Source: Candidatus Saccharimonadia bacterium (GTDB lineage: Bacteria; Patescibacteriota; Saccharimonadia; CAILAD01; JADZBC01). From it: 64,000 nucleotides of DNA. The stretch spans positions 1,223 through 65,222 of the forward strand of contig JAYRIB010000004.1 in NCBI GenBank assembly GCA_041907025.1. The letters are read 5' to 3'. Every line of letters begins with the position of its first letter. The stretch's first letter is position 1. Shown one piece after another: positions 44,200 to 52,424 of this stretch. Both the position numbers and the translations under genes were made by a program. The notes beneath the pieces are model-generated. The model was not told the DNA's origin and did no database searches. It worked only from the letters and a program-made list of their open reading frames with translations.

Positions 44200-47055
44200 A
44201 TGGAAAAAACCGATCACATTGCAGGGCTCAACAAGGCACAGGCCAGGGCAGTAACGCATGGTAGCGGCCCAGCTCTTGTGGTGGCGGGCGCAGGGACAGG
44301 TAAGACCACGGTTATTACCCGACGGATAGCTTGGTTGATAGCTACGGGTAAGGCGCGGCCAGATGAGATTCTCGCACTTACCTTTACCGACAAGGCCGCC
44401 CGTGAAATGGAGGAGCGGGTTGATCACTTATTGCCATATGGGGTGGTGAGCACCAATATCATGACATTCCACGCCTTGGGTGATCAGATTCTGCGTGATC
44501 AGGCGTTGGAGATTGGCATTTCAACCGACTTCCAGGTAATGAGTGGTTTTCAGCAGATAATCTTCATGCAACAGATTCTGCCAGAGCTCGAGTTGGATCA
44601 TTACGCACCGCTCGGTAATCCATACCAGTTTCTGGAGGCACTTGCTACGCATTTTTCACGACTCAAAGATGAATGTATTACGCCGGCGCTGTATCGAGAG
44701 TTTGCTGCCCAGCAGATAGTTAAGGCAGCAACAGAGGAGGCTAAGTCTGAGGCTGAGCGCGTTCGTGAATTGGCGTTTGCCTACAGTGTGTATACCGAGC
44801 AGGCTCGAGCTCAGGCTAAGCTGGACTTTGGGGATCAAATCTCGCTGACCATTGAACTATTCAAGGCACGGCCAAAGGTCCTGCTTGGCTACCAGCAACG
44901 GTTCAAATACATCATGGTAGACGAGTATCAGGATACAAATTACGCTCAAAACGAGTTCGTAAAGATGTTGACAAAAAAGCATCAAAACATTATGGTTGTA
45001 GGTGATGATGACCAGTCAATCTACCGCTTCAGAGGTGCTTCAATCGCGAATATCTTGCAGTTTAAAAAACAGTACCCCAAAACCAAGCAAATCGTGATGA
45101 CCGAAAACTATCGGTCGACTCAGGAAATTCTAGATATTAGCCATACGCTTGTTGCTAACAACAATCCAGACCGACTTGAAGTTCAAAACAAGATCGATAA
45201 GCGTTTAGTCGGTTTCAGTCATGGTCCAGCACCTGTACTCATGCAGGCCCCCACCTTACCAGAGGAGATGCAGCTGGTAGCGCGCCAAGTAGCAAGACTC
45301 ATTGCCGATGGCGTTGAGCCGCGTGACATTGCGATTTTAATGCGCAAAAACAGTCAGTCGAGCGCCATAATGTTGGCCTTAGAGGCTGAGGGGGTGATGG
45401 CTGAAACCTCCCAAAGGGAAAGTCTGTTTATGCGTCCAGAGGTAAAAGCTCTCCTTAACTTTGTGGCGGTCATGAATGACCCCCAGGACTCAACGGCTAT
45501 GTATGGACTGCTCGCGGGTGATATATACCAGATGCAGCTTGGTTCGCTGGTCAGTATGACATCTCAGGCAAAGCGTGAGCACAGCAGTCTTGAGCAGTAT
45601 TTGAGGGGTATTGAAGGGGCGGAGGCAGGTATGGAGAGGGTGATTGAGCATATCGATGAGTACCGCAAGCACGCCCGTGAGCTGAGTGCTGGACAGCTGT
45701 TGTATAAATTCATACATGAGCAGGGTTATCTGGGAAAGCTGCTCGAAGCAGCCGAAAATAGTAATGAAGCGGCCCTAAAGATTCAAAACATTGCCCAGTT
45801 TTTTGGGCTGATCAGGGAGTTTGAAAACATGAGTCTTGATCCAACGATTTATCATTTCTGGGCCTATGTTTCCGAGATGCGCAGCTCAGAAGCCGACATA
45901 TTGTCGACCGAATCGCCACTTGATCAAAATGCGGTGCGGATTATGACGATACACAAGGCAAAGGGGCTAGAGTTCGAGGCGGTGTTTGTGCCTAATATGG
46001 TTGCAGAGGTCTTTCCCTCGCGTCGTCAGGCCGAAAAGATTCAGATTCCAGATGGCCTGATAAATGTCGATACCAGTCGGGAATGGCATGTTGCTGAGGA
46101 GCGACGTCTTTGTTACGTGGCGCTCACGCGTGCCAAGAAATACCTCTACTTGTCATGCTCATACGATCATGGCGGAGCTCGCTTGCGTAAGATGTCGCCG
46201 TTTGTAGCCGAAGCACTTGGTGCCCAAGCTCCCATACAACTGGAGGCTAAGACGGGTGCTCTTGAGCTGATTGACCAATTTGCAGTACCGCAAAAACCAG
46301 AACACGATCTGACTGCGCACTTGTACGAGGATGGCTGGCTGAATCTCACCCCACACCAGATTGACGACTATTTGCGCGATCCAGAAAAGTTTTGGTTATT
46401 CCATGTCCTGAAGCTGCCACAGGGGCCGTTTCATGCCCTTGTGTATGGATCGGCTATTCATCATGCGATAGAGTTTTATTACCGCGGGCGGCTCAACGGT
46501 CGCACGGTTCCACTCAAAGATGTGCAGCAGGCTTTTGAGGACGCTTGGTCGAGTGAGGGCTTTGTGTCCAGGCGCCACGAGCAGCAACGGCTGTCGCGTG
46601 GGAGAGAGGTCATTAAACGGTTCTATGAACGCGAGAAGCAAGCTGAGTTGCCACAATGCGTTGAGTTACCGTTTAGTCTCATTATCCCTGAGCTCAAAGT
46701 CCGTATTAGCGGTCGATATGACGCAGTTTTTGCGCACAAGCTGGTTGGTAGCAAGAATGGGGCGATCGAAATTCGCGACTTCAAGACTTCCCAAGTAAAG
46801 GACCAGGCGGCTGCAGAACGGAAGCTCAAAGACAACGTGCAGCTGGCCATTTATGCACTCGCTTGGGAGCGCACCACGCAGCAGCCAGTTGCAAGTGTGT
46901 CGTTGGACTTTGTTGAGCCTGGGCTTATCGCTGCGACAACGAAGGTTGATCATGTCAAGACGCTCGAGAAGATTAAGAAAGTGGCTGACGGGATAGCTCG
47001 CCGCGACTTCAAAGGTGGTGCCCAGTCGCTCTACAAGGTAACGCAACCATGGTAA
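44200..47055 (+). CDS. UvrD/PcrA-family helicase with a C-terminal PD-(D/E)xK (RecB-type) nuclease domain (AddA-like)
   Basis: Start MEKTDHIAGLNKAQARAVTHGSGPALVVAGAGTGKTTV (UvrD motif I); motif II VDEYQDTN; C-terminal ISGRYDAV...IEIRDFKTS nuclease motif. The ORF extends upstream to 43951. Confidence 0.75.
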   Translation: MEKTDHIAGLNKAQARAVTHGSGPALVVAGAGTGKTTVITRRIAWLIATGKARPDEILALTFTDKAAREMEERVDHLLPYGVVSTNIMTFHALGDQILRDQALEIGISTDFQVMSGFQQIIFMQQILPELELDHYAPLGNPYQFLEALATHFSRLKDECITPALYREFAAQQIVKAATEEAKSEAERVRELAFAYSVYTEQARAQAKLDFGDQISLTIELFKARPKVLLGYQQRFKYIMVDEYQDTNYAQNEFVKMLTKKHQNIMVVGDDDQSIYRFRGASIANILQFKKQYPKTKQIVMTENYRSTQEILDISHTLVANNNPDRLEVQNKIDKRLVGFSHGPAPVLMQAPTLPEEMQLVARQVARLIADGVEPRDIAILMRKNSQSSAIMLALEAEGVMAETSQRESLFMRPEVKALLNFVAVMNDPQDSTAMYGLLAGDIYQMQLGSLVSMTSQAKREHSSLEQYLRGIEGAEAGMERVIEHIDEYRKHARELSAGQLLYKFIHEQGYLGKLLEAAENSNEAALKIQNIAQFFGLIREFENMSLDPTIYHFWAYVSEMRSSEADILSTESPLDQNAVRIMTIHKAKGLEFEAVFVPNMVAEVFPSRRQAEKIQIPDGLINVDTSREWHVAEERRLCYVALTRAKKYLYLSCSYDHGGARLRKMSPFVAEALGAQAPIQLEAKTGALELIDQFAVPQKPEHDLTAHLYEDGWLNLTPHQIDDYLRDPEKFWLFHVLKLPQGPFHALVYGSAIHHAIEFYYRGRLNGRTVPLKDVQQAFEDAWSSEGFVSRRHEQQRLSRGREVIKRFYEREKQAELPQCVELPFSLIIPELKVRISGRYDAVFAHKLVGSKNGAIEIRDFKTSQVKDQAAAERKLKDNVQLAIYALAWERTTQQPVASVSLDFVEPGLIAATTKVDHVKTLEKIKKVADGIARRDFKGGAQSLYKVTQPW

Positions 47056-47083
47056 TTCTTGACCTAGTTGCTATACTTTAGGC

Positions 47084-47593
47084 ATGAGCGCCAAACACTA
47101 TTTGAGCTATCGCGATCAAGACTGGCTCGAGAATTCGCTAGCTGATATTTGGTATCGGCATTTTGAGGATGTGGTTCAGGGCAATGTTGTGCGGATTGTA
47201 TATGGTCGCAAGGCAAAGAACCAGCTAGGCTCGATTAGGCGAGACAAACATGACCCGACGGCAAGCATTATAACAGTTAATCCGCTATTCCAAGATCTTG
47301 ATGTGCCAGAGTATGTTGTTAAAGCCACCATTGTGCACGAGATGACGCACTATGCACATGGCTTTAACTCGCCACTCGAGCAAAAGCACAAACACCCGCA
47401 TAGTGGTGGCGTGATTCGGCGGGAGTTTGCCGAAAGAGGTTTAGAGCAGTTGTATCTGGACCAAAAGGCCTGGTTGAAGGAGTACTGGCCACTCATCTTG
47501 GCTCGGCACTTCCCAAATAACCGCTACAAGATAGTAAAAACTACAACGAGTAGGCAGGTACCCTTGCCGTGGTGGATGCGAGGCATGCGCTAG
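47084..47593 (+). CDS. YgjP/DUF45-like metal-dependent hydrolase
   Basis: HEMTHYAHGFNSP (HExxH...N.S), characteristic of the DUF45/WLM-like family. Confidence 0.45.
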   Translation: MSAKHYLSYRDQDWLENSLADIWYRHFEDVVQGNVVRIVYGRKAKNQLGSIRRDKHDPTASIITVNPLFQDLDVPEYVVKATIVHEMTHYAHGFNSPLEQKHKHPHSGGVIRREFAERGLEQLYLDQKAWLKEYWPLILARHFPNNRYKIVKTTTSRQVPLPWWMRGMR

Positions 47594-47669
47594 TATTGAC
47601 ATACTTATTGGTAGGTACTATTATAGTAGTCCGAACTTTGTTATCAGGACTTCGATCTTGGGAGCGAGC

Positions 47670-48017
47670 ATGTCAACAATTGCAGTAATTTGTCCGCAGT
47701 GTGGAGACGTAGAAGTTACTCAGAAGGAAGTAGTTGTCAGGGTGTGCAGAGATACCTCTGTCGCGAGCTACTGGCTGACGTGCCCATGGTGCACAGAGAT
47801 AATTACCCGGAGGGCGGAACCGCGGGTTGTTGAGTTGCTGGTGGCTGCAGGCTGTCGGCTCCAAACGTGGAGCCTTCCAGAGGAGTTGAGTGACGCGCAG
47901 CGGTGTGGCAGTGGTTTGCCTATCGATATTGATGAAGTCCTCGATTTCCCTGAGAAAGTTCAGGACGAAGCTGCCTTCGATGAGGCATTCGATAAACTCT
48001 GTCGTGAAGTGAAGTGA
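47670..48017 (+). CDS. small Zn-ribbon protein (CxxC...CxxC) with an acidic C-terminus
   Basis: CPQCG ... CPWC. GGGAG lies 5 nt before ATG 47670. Confidence 0.4.
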   Translation: MSTIAVICPQCGDVEVTQKEVVVRVCRDTSVASYWLTCPWCTEIITRRAEPRVVELLVAAGCRLQTWSLPEELSDAQRCGSGLPIDIDEVLDFPEKVQDEAAFDEAFDKLCREVK

Positions 48018-48133
48018 TGGAAAAAGAGGGGTGGCTAGGCATAGGGCTTAGCCACCAATCGGCCGGACAAATATGTCCGGTTTTCTTTTGCCCACATAGT
48101 TCGTTTTGTGTTCGTTGATGGGTCGTGTATAAT

Positions 48134-49216
48134 ATGCTTATGACAGCACTTCTCATTGTCCTCATCGTAATTATGCTCTTGGGCTTCGGCGCGATTATAT
48201 TTGTGCTGAGTCGGCAAACGCCTGCTCCAAAGGCCGATGAGGGCGCTCTGGGCATGCTCAAGCAGGACCTGCAAGGAATCACTCAGTTACTCTCGCAAAC
48301 CCAGTCGCAAATGGGTGAGCGGCTGGATAAAAACAATGATGCTATGCGCGACTCGGTGCACAGACAGATGAGCGAGTCAGCCAAGCTCATTACTGAGGTC
48401 ACACAGCGGCTCACGACGCTCGACGAAACCAACCGTCGGGTAGTTGATGTAGCGGATGAGCTAAAAACGCTTCAAAATGTCTTACAGAACCCCAAACAAC
48501 GCGGTGTATTGGGGGAATACTACCTTGATACAGTGCTTAAGAACGTGTTGCCGCCCGATCGCTATAAATTGCAGTATAAATTTGAAGATGGCGAGATTGT
48601 TGATGCGGCTATTTTCCTAGAAGAGGGTAAGGTTTTGCCGATCGACTCTAAGTTCAGCTTAGAAAACTACAATCGGTTGATTGAAGAGAATGACAAGGAC
48701 AAGCGTGAGGTAATTATCAAGACCTTTAAGCAAGACTTAAAGAACCGCATTGACGAGACTGCTAAGTATATTCGCCCTAATGAAGGCACAATGGACTTCG
48801 CCTTCATGTTTATTCCCTCCGAGGCCATTTACTATGACTTGCTGGTTAATAAAGTCGGTATGGTGCAGACATCCTCGCGCGACCTCATAGAGTATGCTTT
48901 TCGGGATAAGAAGGTCATTATTGTGTCGCCAACCTCATTTATGGCCTACTTGCAGACAGTTTTGCAGGGCTTGCGCTCGTTGCAGATCGAAGAGCAGGCC
49001 AAGGAGATCCAGATCCGCGTGGGCCAGCTTGGGCAGCATCTGCGCGCGTACGACACGTTTATGGGCAAGCTGGGTAATTCGCTCGGTACAACCGTTAATC
49101 ACTATAATAACGCCCACAAAGAGCTGAAAAAGATTGATAAAGACGTGGTGAAGATCTCGGGCAGTAGTCCGGCCGTTGAAGCGTTGTTAGTTGATAAGCC
49201 TAGCCTAGACGAGTAA
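48134..49216 (+). CDS. rmuC: DNA recombination protein RmuC
   Basis: N-terminal TM, coiled-coil region, and C-terminal RmuC block DFAFMFIPSEAIYYDLL...VIIVSPTSFMAYLQTV. Start uncertain among 48125, 48134 and 48140. Confidence 0.8.
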   Translation: MLMTALLIVLIVIMLLGFGAIIFVLSRQTPAPKADEGALGMLKQDLQGITQLLSQTQSQMGERLDKNNDAMRDSVHRQMSESAKLITEVTQRLTTLDETNRRVVDVADELKTLQNVLQNPKQRGVLGEYYLDTVLKNVLPPDRYKLQYKFEDGEIVDAAIFLEEGKVLPIDSKFSLENYNRLIEENDKDKREVIIKTFKQDLKNRIDETAKYIRPNEGTMDFAFMFIPSEAIYYDLLVNKVGMVQTSSRDLIEYAFRDKKVIIVSPTSFMAYLQTVLQGLRSLQIEEQAKEIQIRVGQLGQHLRAYDTFMGKLGNSLGTTVNHYNNAHKELKKIDKDVVKISGSSPAVEALLVDKPSLDE

Positions 49217-49243
49217 AGTAGAACAAAAGGGAACACAACTACT

Positions 49244-50224
49244 ATGCGCATACTTTCGGGCATTCAGGCTACTGGAAAACTACACATCGGCAATTATTTG
49301 GGGATGGTTAAGCCATTTGTAGACATGCAGGATAAGGGTGAGGCCTTTTACTTTATTCCAAACCTACACTCACTCAATGTTCGCCCCGACCCAGAAGTGC
49401 TGCGGCAAGACACACTGGCGAATGTTGCGTGGTTTTTGGCAGCTGGCGTAGACCCTAAAAAGTCAGTTGTGTTCACTCAATCGCATGTGTCGGCGCACTC
49501 AGAGCTATGCTGGATACTCAATAACTTCGTTACTATGGGTGAGCTGAGCCGTATGACGTCGTATAAGGACAAGAGTGCTTCAAGGGGCGCCGAGGGGCAG
49601 CTCGTAGCGCTTTATACCTACCCGGTACTCATGGCTGCCGACATTATTCTCTACGATGCTGAGCTGGTGCCTGTCGGGGAGGATCAAAAGCAGCACGTGG
49701 AGCTGACTCGGGATATCGTAGGGCGTTTTAACAAGCTCTATGGCGACACATTCGTGGCCCCAAAGGCAGTTCTGCCCTCCGTTGGGGCACGCATCATGAG
49801 TCTGCAAGACCCATCGAGCAAGATGAGCAAGAGCGATCCGAACCAAAGCGGCAACATAATGCTCCTTGATGACGAGCTGACGATTAGAAATAAGGTTAAA
49901 CGAGCCGTAACAGATGCTAAGGGCGAGGTGAAAGTGTCTGAACACGGTGGCGCCGTTACTAATCTCATGCACATTTATAGCGGTTTTTCCGGTAAGAGCA
50001 TGCATGAAATTGAGCAATTATACGTAGGTAAGGGGTATGGGGACTTCAAGTCCGATCTAGCAGACATTCTAGTGGAGGAAGTCAGTGTTTTACAGCGTAC
50101 ATTCCACGCGTTAATGGCTGACGAAGACTACCTACTTAAGGTTCTCGAGGACGGTGCTATGCAGGCCAACCAAATAGCCACCCAAAAACTTAATGAAGTG
50201 AAGCAAAAGCTCGGCATACTATAG
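49244..50224 (+). CDS. trpS: tryptophanyl-tRNA synthetase
   Basis: SGIQATGKLHIGNYLG (HIGH) and KMSKS. Confidence 0.9.
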   Translation: MRILSGIQATGKLHIGNYLGMVKPFVDMQDKGEAFYFIPNLHSLNVRPDPEVLRQDTLANVAWFLAAGVDPKKSVVFTQSHVSAHSELCWILNNFVTMGELSRMTSYKDKSASRGAEGQLVALYTYPVLMAADIILYDAELVPVGEDQKQHVELTRDIVGRFNKLYGDTFVAPKAVLPSVGARIMSLQDPSSKMSKSDPNQSGNIMLLDDELTIRNKVKRAVTDAKGEVKVSEHGGAVTNLMHIYSGFSGKSMHEIEQLYVGKGYGDFKSDLADILVEEVSVLQRTFHALMADEDYLLKVLEDGAMQANQIATQKLNEVKQKLGIL

Positions 50225-50286
50225 TAGAATGTAGTATTTACAACACACTTTTACAGGTTAGGGCAGACGAAATAGCATAAAAAGTA

Positions 50287-50315
50287 TTGACGGAAGCATA
50301 AGCATTTGCTATACT
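50287..50315 (+). promoter_or_regulatory. near-consensus sigma70 promoter (TTGACG, 17 nt, TATACT) at the head of an ORF-free region
   Basis: TTGACG at 50287-50292, a 17-nt spacer, then TATACT at 50310-50315. Confidence 0.5.
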
Positions 50316-50321
50316 TGTATC

Positions 50322-50826
50322 AACATAAGTTAGTCCTTTAAAACAAAAATAAAACTCAAAAAGTTTCTCCAGGAAAAGGTAGCCCGGACTCTACGAGCGG
50401 GCGAGTAACGGTAGGGCAAGCCCGGCATAGAAACAACCCCCTTGTTTCTAGTCGGACTCTCCCTACTGTTCTATGGGTAACAAGCCGCTAATGTTCGTAC
50501 GTTCTAGGCTTAAGTTATACACTACCCGTTGGCTATAGCCAGTAAACTGCATCGGATCGCAACCAGCGATAGGTATAGCTTACTGGCTAAACCGGACGGA
50601 TGGTGGGGAAGCGAGACTTTGACAAAAGCAGTGATGCTTGTGTCACACAACAGTCTCACCTGTAAGCTTGGCCTCATTGGCTAAGGTTACTTACCGGGCC
50701 TCCGCGTGCCAATTTGTTTCTTAACATTAGGGCAGATGCGATTAGAGGCCCGTAACCATGCAATCATAGTCGTTCAGACTACTTCGCACAATAATGTCGA
50801 CTCGGCACAACGTGCGGAGTTTTTTA
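50322..50826 (+). ncRNA. candidate ncRNA of about 500 nt, unidentified; bounded by promoter and terminator
   Basis: No ORF of 60 aa or more on either strand between 50225 and 50836. Internal perfect hairpins TAGAAACAA ccccc TTGTTTCTA, GGCTATAGCC and CCAGTAA...TTACTGG. Terminator CTCGGCAC aac GTGCGGAG plus TTTTTTATTT at 50801-50830. Confidence 0.35.
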
Positions 50827-51051
50827 TTTGGCTTAGTTAGGGCTTGAGACGTGGTGCTAAGAGTGACGCGAAGTAAAGCAATCTTCGCAATTCGAATAGA
50901 ACAAAAAAGTAGCTCATTACGCTTTGGAATATGTCACTAATAAATATAGTGTTCATATAAACGTGTGGTAGTGTTCGATTCTTTGGGTAAGTTGTTGCTA
51001 CGGGCGTGCCTGCTTGAGCTGAAGGTCCATATCTGGGATAATAGGTGCTAT

Positions 51052-51453
51052 ATGGCAAAAACAGACAAGCTACAGAAGGGGATATTTGGGGTAGGGCTTG
51101 TTACTTCGTGCCTACTTTCCTTTACAGTGCTCCTTAGTTTAATGGTTATGGCGAGTCCATCCGAGCTTGGACCTGCCGGTGTTACCCTATGGTTTATTCT
51201 GGCCCTAATAGCCCTTACGACGCTGTTTATGTTACTGTACTGGTCGTACAGTCGAAAAAAGAACAGCTTTGTGAACGGTCGTAGGCAGTCAGTCGGTGCA
51301 TTTAGGGTGGCAGTAGTGCCAGCTGGCGCCATTGTAGTTCTGCTAGGCATGAGTAGCCTCGGTACGCTGACATTGCACGATACACTGCTCGTGCTGGGTG
51401 CCACATTTATTATTGAGACTTACTTGTACACAACCGAGAGGAGGGGGCTATGA
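51052..51453 (+). CDS. small integral membrane protein (four predicted TM helices)
   Basis: Hydrophobic profile. Start at MAKTDK after AGGTG; the ORF extends to 50965. Its end overlaps the pheS start. Confidence 0.4.
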   Translation: MAKTDKLQKGIFGVGLVTSCLLSFTVLLSLMVMASPSELGPAGVTLWFILALIALTTLFMLLYWSYSRKKNSFVNGRRQSVGAFRVAVVPAGAIVVLLGMSSLGTLTLHDTLLVLGATFIIETYLYTTERRGL

Positions 51454-52424
51454 GCTCAATCATTGAATCCGCGCGGAGCGCTGCCGCAGCCGCCCAAACT
51501 GAGAATGATTTACAGCTTGTTAAAGCGCAGTTTCTAGGTAAGAAGAGCGAGCTCCAGGCCGGTTTGCGCGCGCTTTCAAGCCTGGGCCAAGAAGAGCGCA
51601 AGCAAAAGGGAGCCGAGCTTAACCGTCTAAAGCTGGAGCTCGAAGAAGTATTTTCTTTGCGCCATGCTTCGCTCCTCAACGAGCTTGATGCCCTACCGCC
51701 ACTTGATCTTACGGCACCTGGTATTGGCCAGGGGTTTGGCCATGCCCATCCAGTAACGCTCGTTATGAGTGAGCTATATAGCTCGTTTACTCGCTTGGGC
51801 TTTGCGATAGTTGATAGCAACGAAATAGAGGATGACTGGCACAACTTTGAGGCACTGAATATGCCGCCGCACCACCCGGCCCGCGATATGCAGGACACGT
51901 TTTATATTAAGGACAGCGAAGACTCTCATCGTATTCTGCCTCGTACTCACACCTCTGGCATGCAGGTACGGTTTATGAAGGATAACAAGCCACCGTTTAA
52001 GATCATCGTGCCGGGCAAGGTTTTCCGGAATGAAGATGAAGACAGAACACACTTGTGGTCATTTACCCAGGTGGAAGGTTTGGTTGTGGGTGAAGGGGTG
52101 TCGTTAGTACATCTTAAAGGCGTGTTACTTGCAGCTATGAAAGACTTGTTAGGTGAAGACACAGAGATTCGATTGCGACCGAGTTATTTTCCTTACACTG
52201 AACCATCGATTGAGATCGACGTGACTTACAAGGGAGAGTGGTTGGAGCTTCTGGGTGGCGGCATGGTACACCCAAGTGTACTACAGAACGCTGGTATTGA
52301 CCCTGAGCGCTATAGCGGTTTTGCCTTTGGTATCGGGCCGGAGCGGGTTGCTATGGTGAAGTATCGCATCTCGGATTTACGCAACTTTTGGCGACCAAAG
52401 CTTGACTATCTGGAGCAGTTTTAA
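51450..52424 (+). CDS. pheS: phenylalanyl-tRNA synthetase alpha subunit
   Basis: Class II motifs HPARDMQDTFY, FRNEDEDRTHLWSFTQVEG and GFAFGIGPERVAM. Confidence 0.9.
   Translation: MSSIIESARSAAAAAQTENDLQLVKAQFLGKKSELQAGLRALSSLGQEERKQKGAELNRLKLELEEVFSLRHASLLNELDALPPLDLTAPGIGQGFGHAHPVTLVMSELYSSFTRLGFAIVDSNEIEDDWHNFEALNMPPHHPARDMQDTFYIKDSEDSHRILPRTHTSGMQVRFMKDNKPPFKIIVPGKVFRNEDEDRTHLWSFTQVEGLVVGEGVSLVHLKGVLLAAMKDLLGEDTEIRLRPSYFPYTEPSIEIDVTYKGEWLELLGGGMVHPSVLQNAGIDPERYSGFAFGIGPERVAMVKYRISDLRNFWRPKLDYLEQF

Noticed and set aside
43951-44427. Apparent 477-bp overlap of two long ORFs on opposite strands
   Set aside because: Both ORFs have conserved internal starts (MEKTDHIAGLNKAQ... at 44200; MNTPLLQRV... 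at 44070). This removes the overlap and leaves a normal divergent intergenic region.
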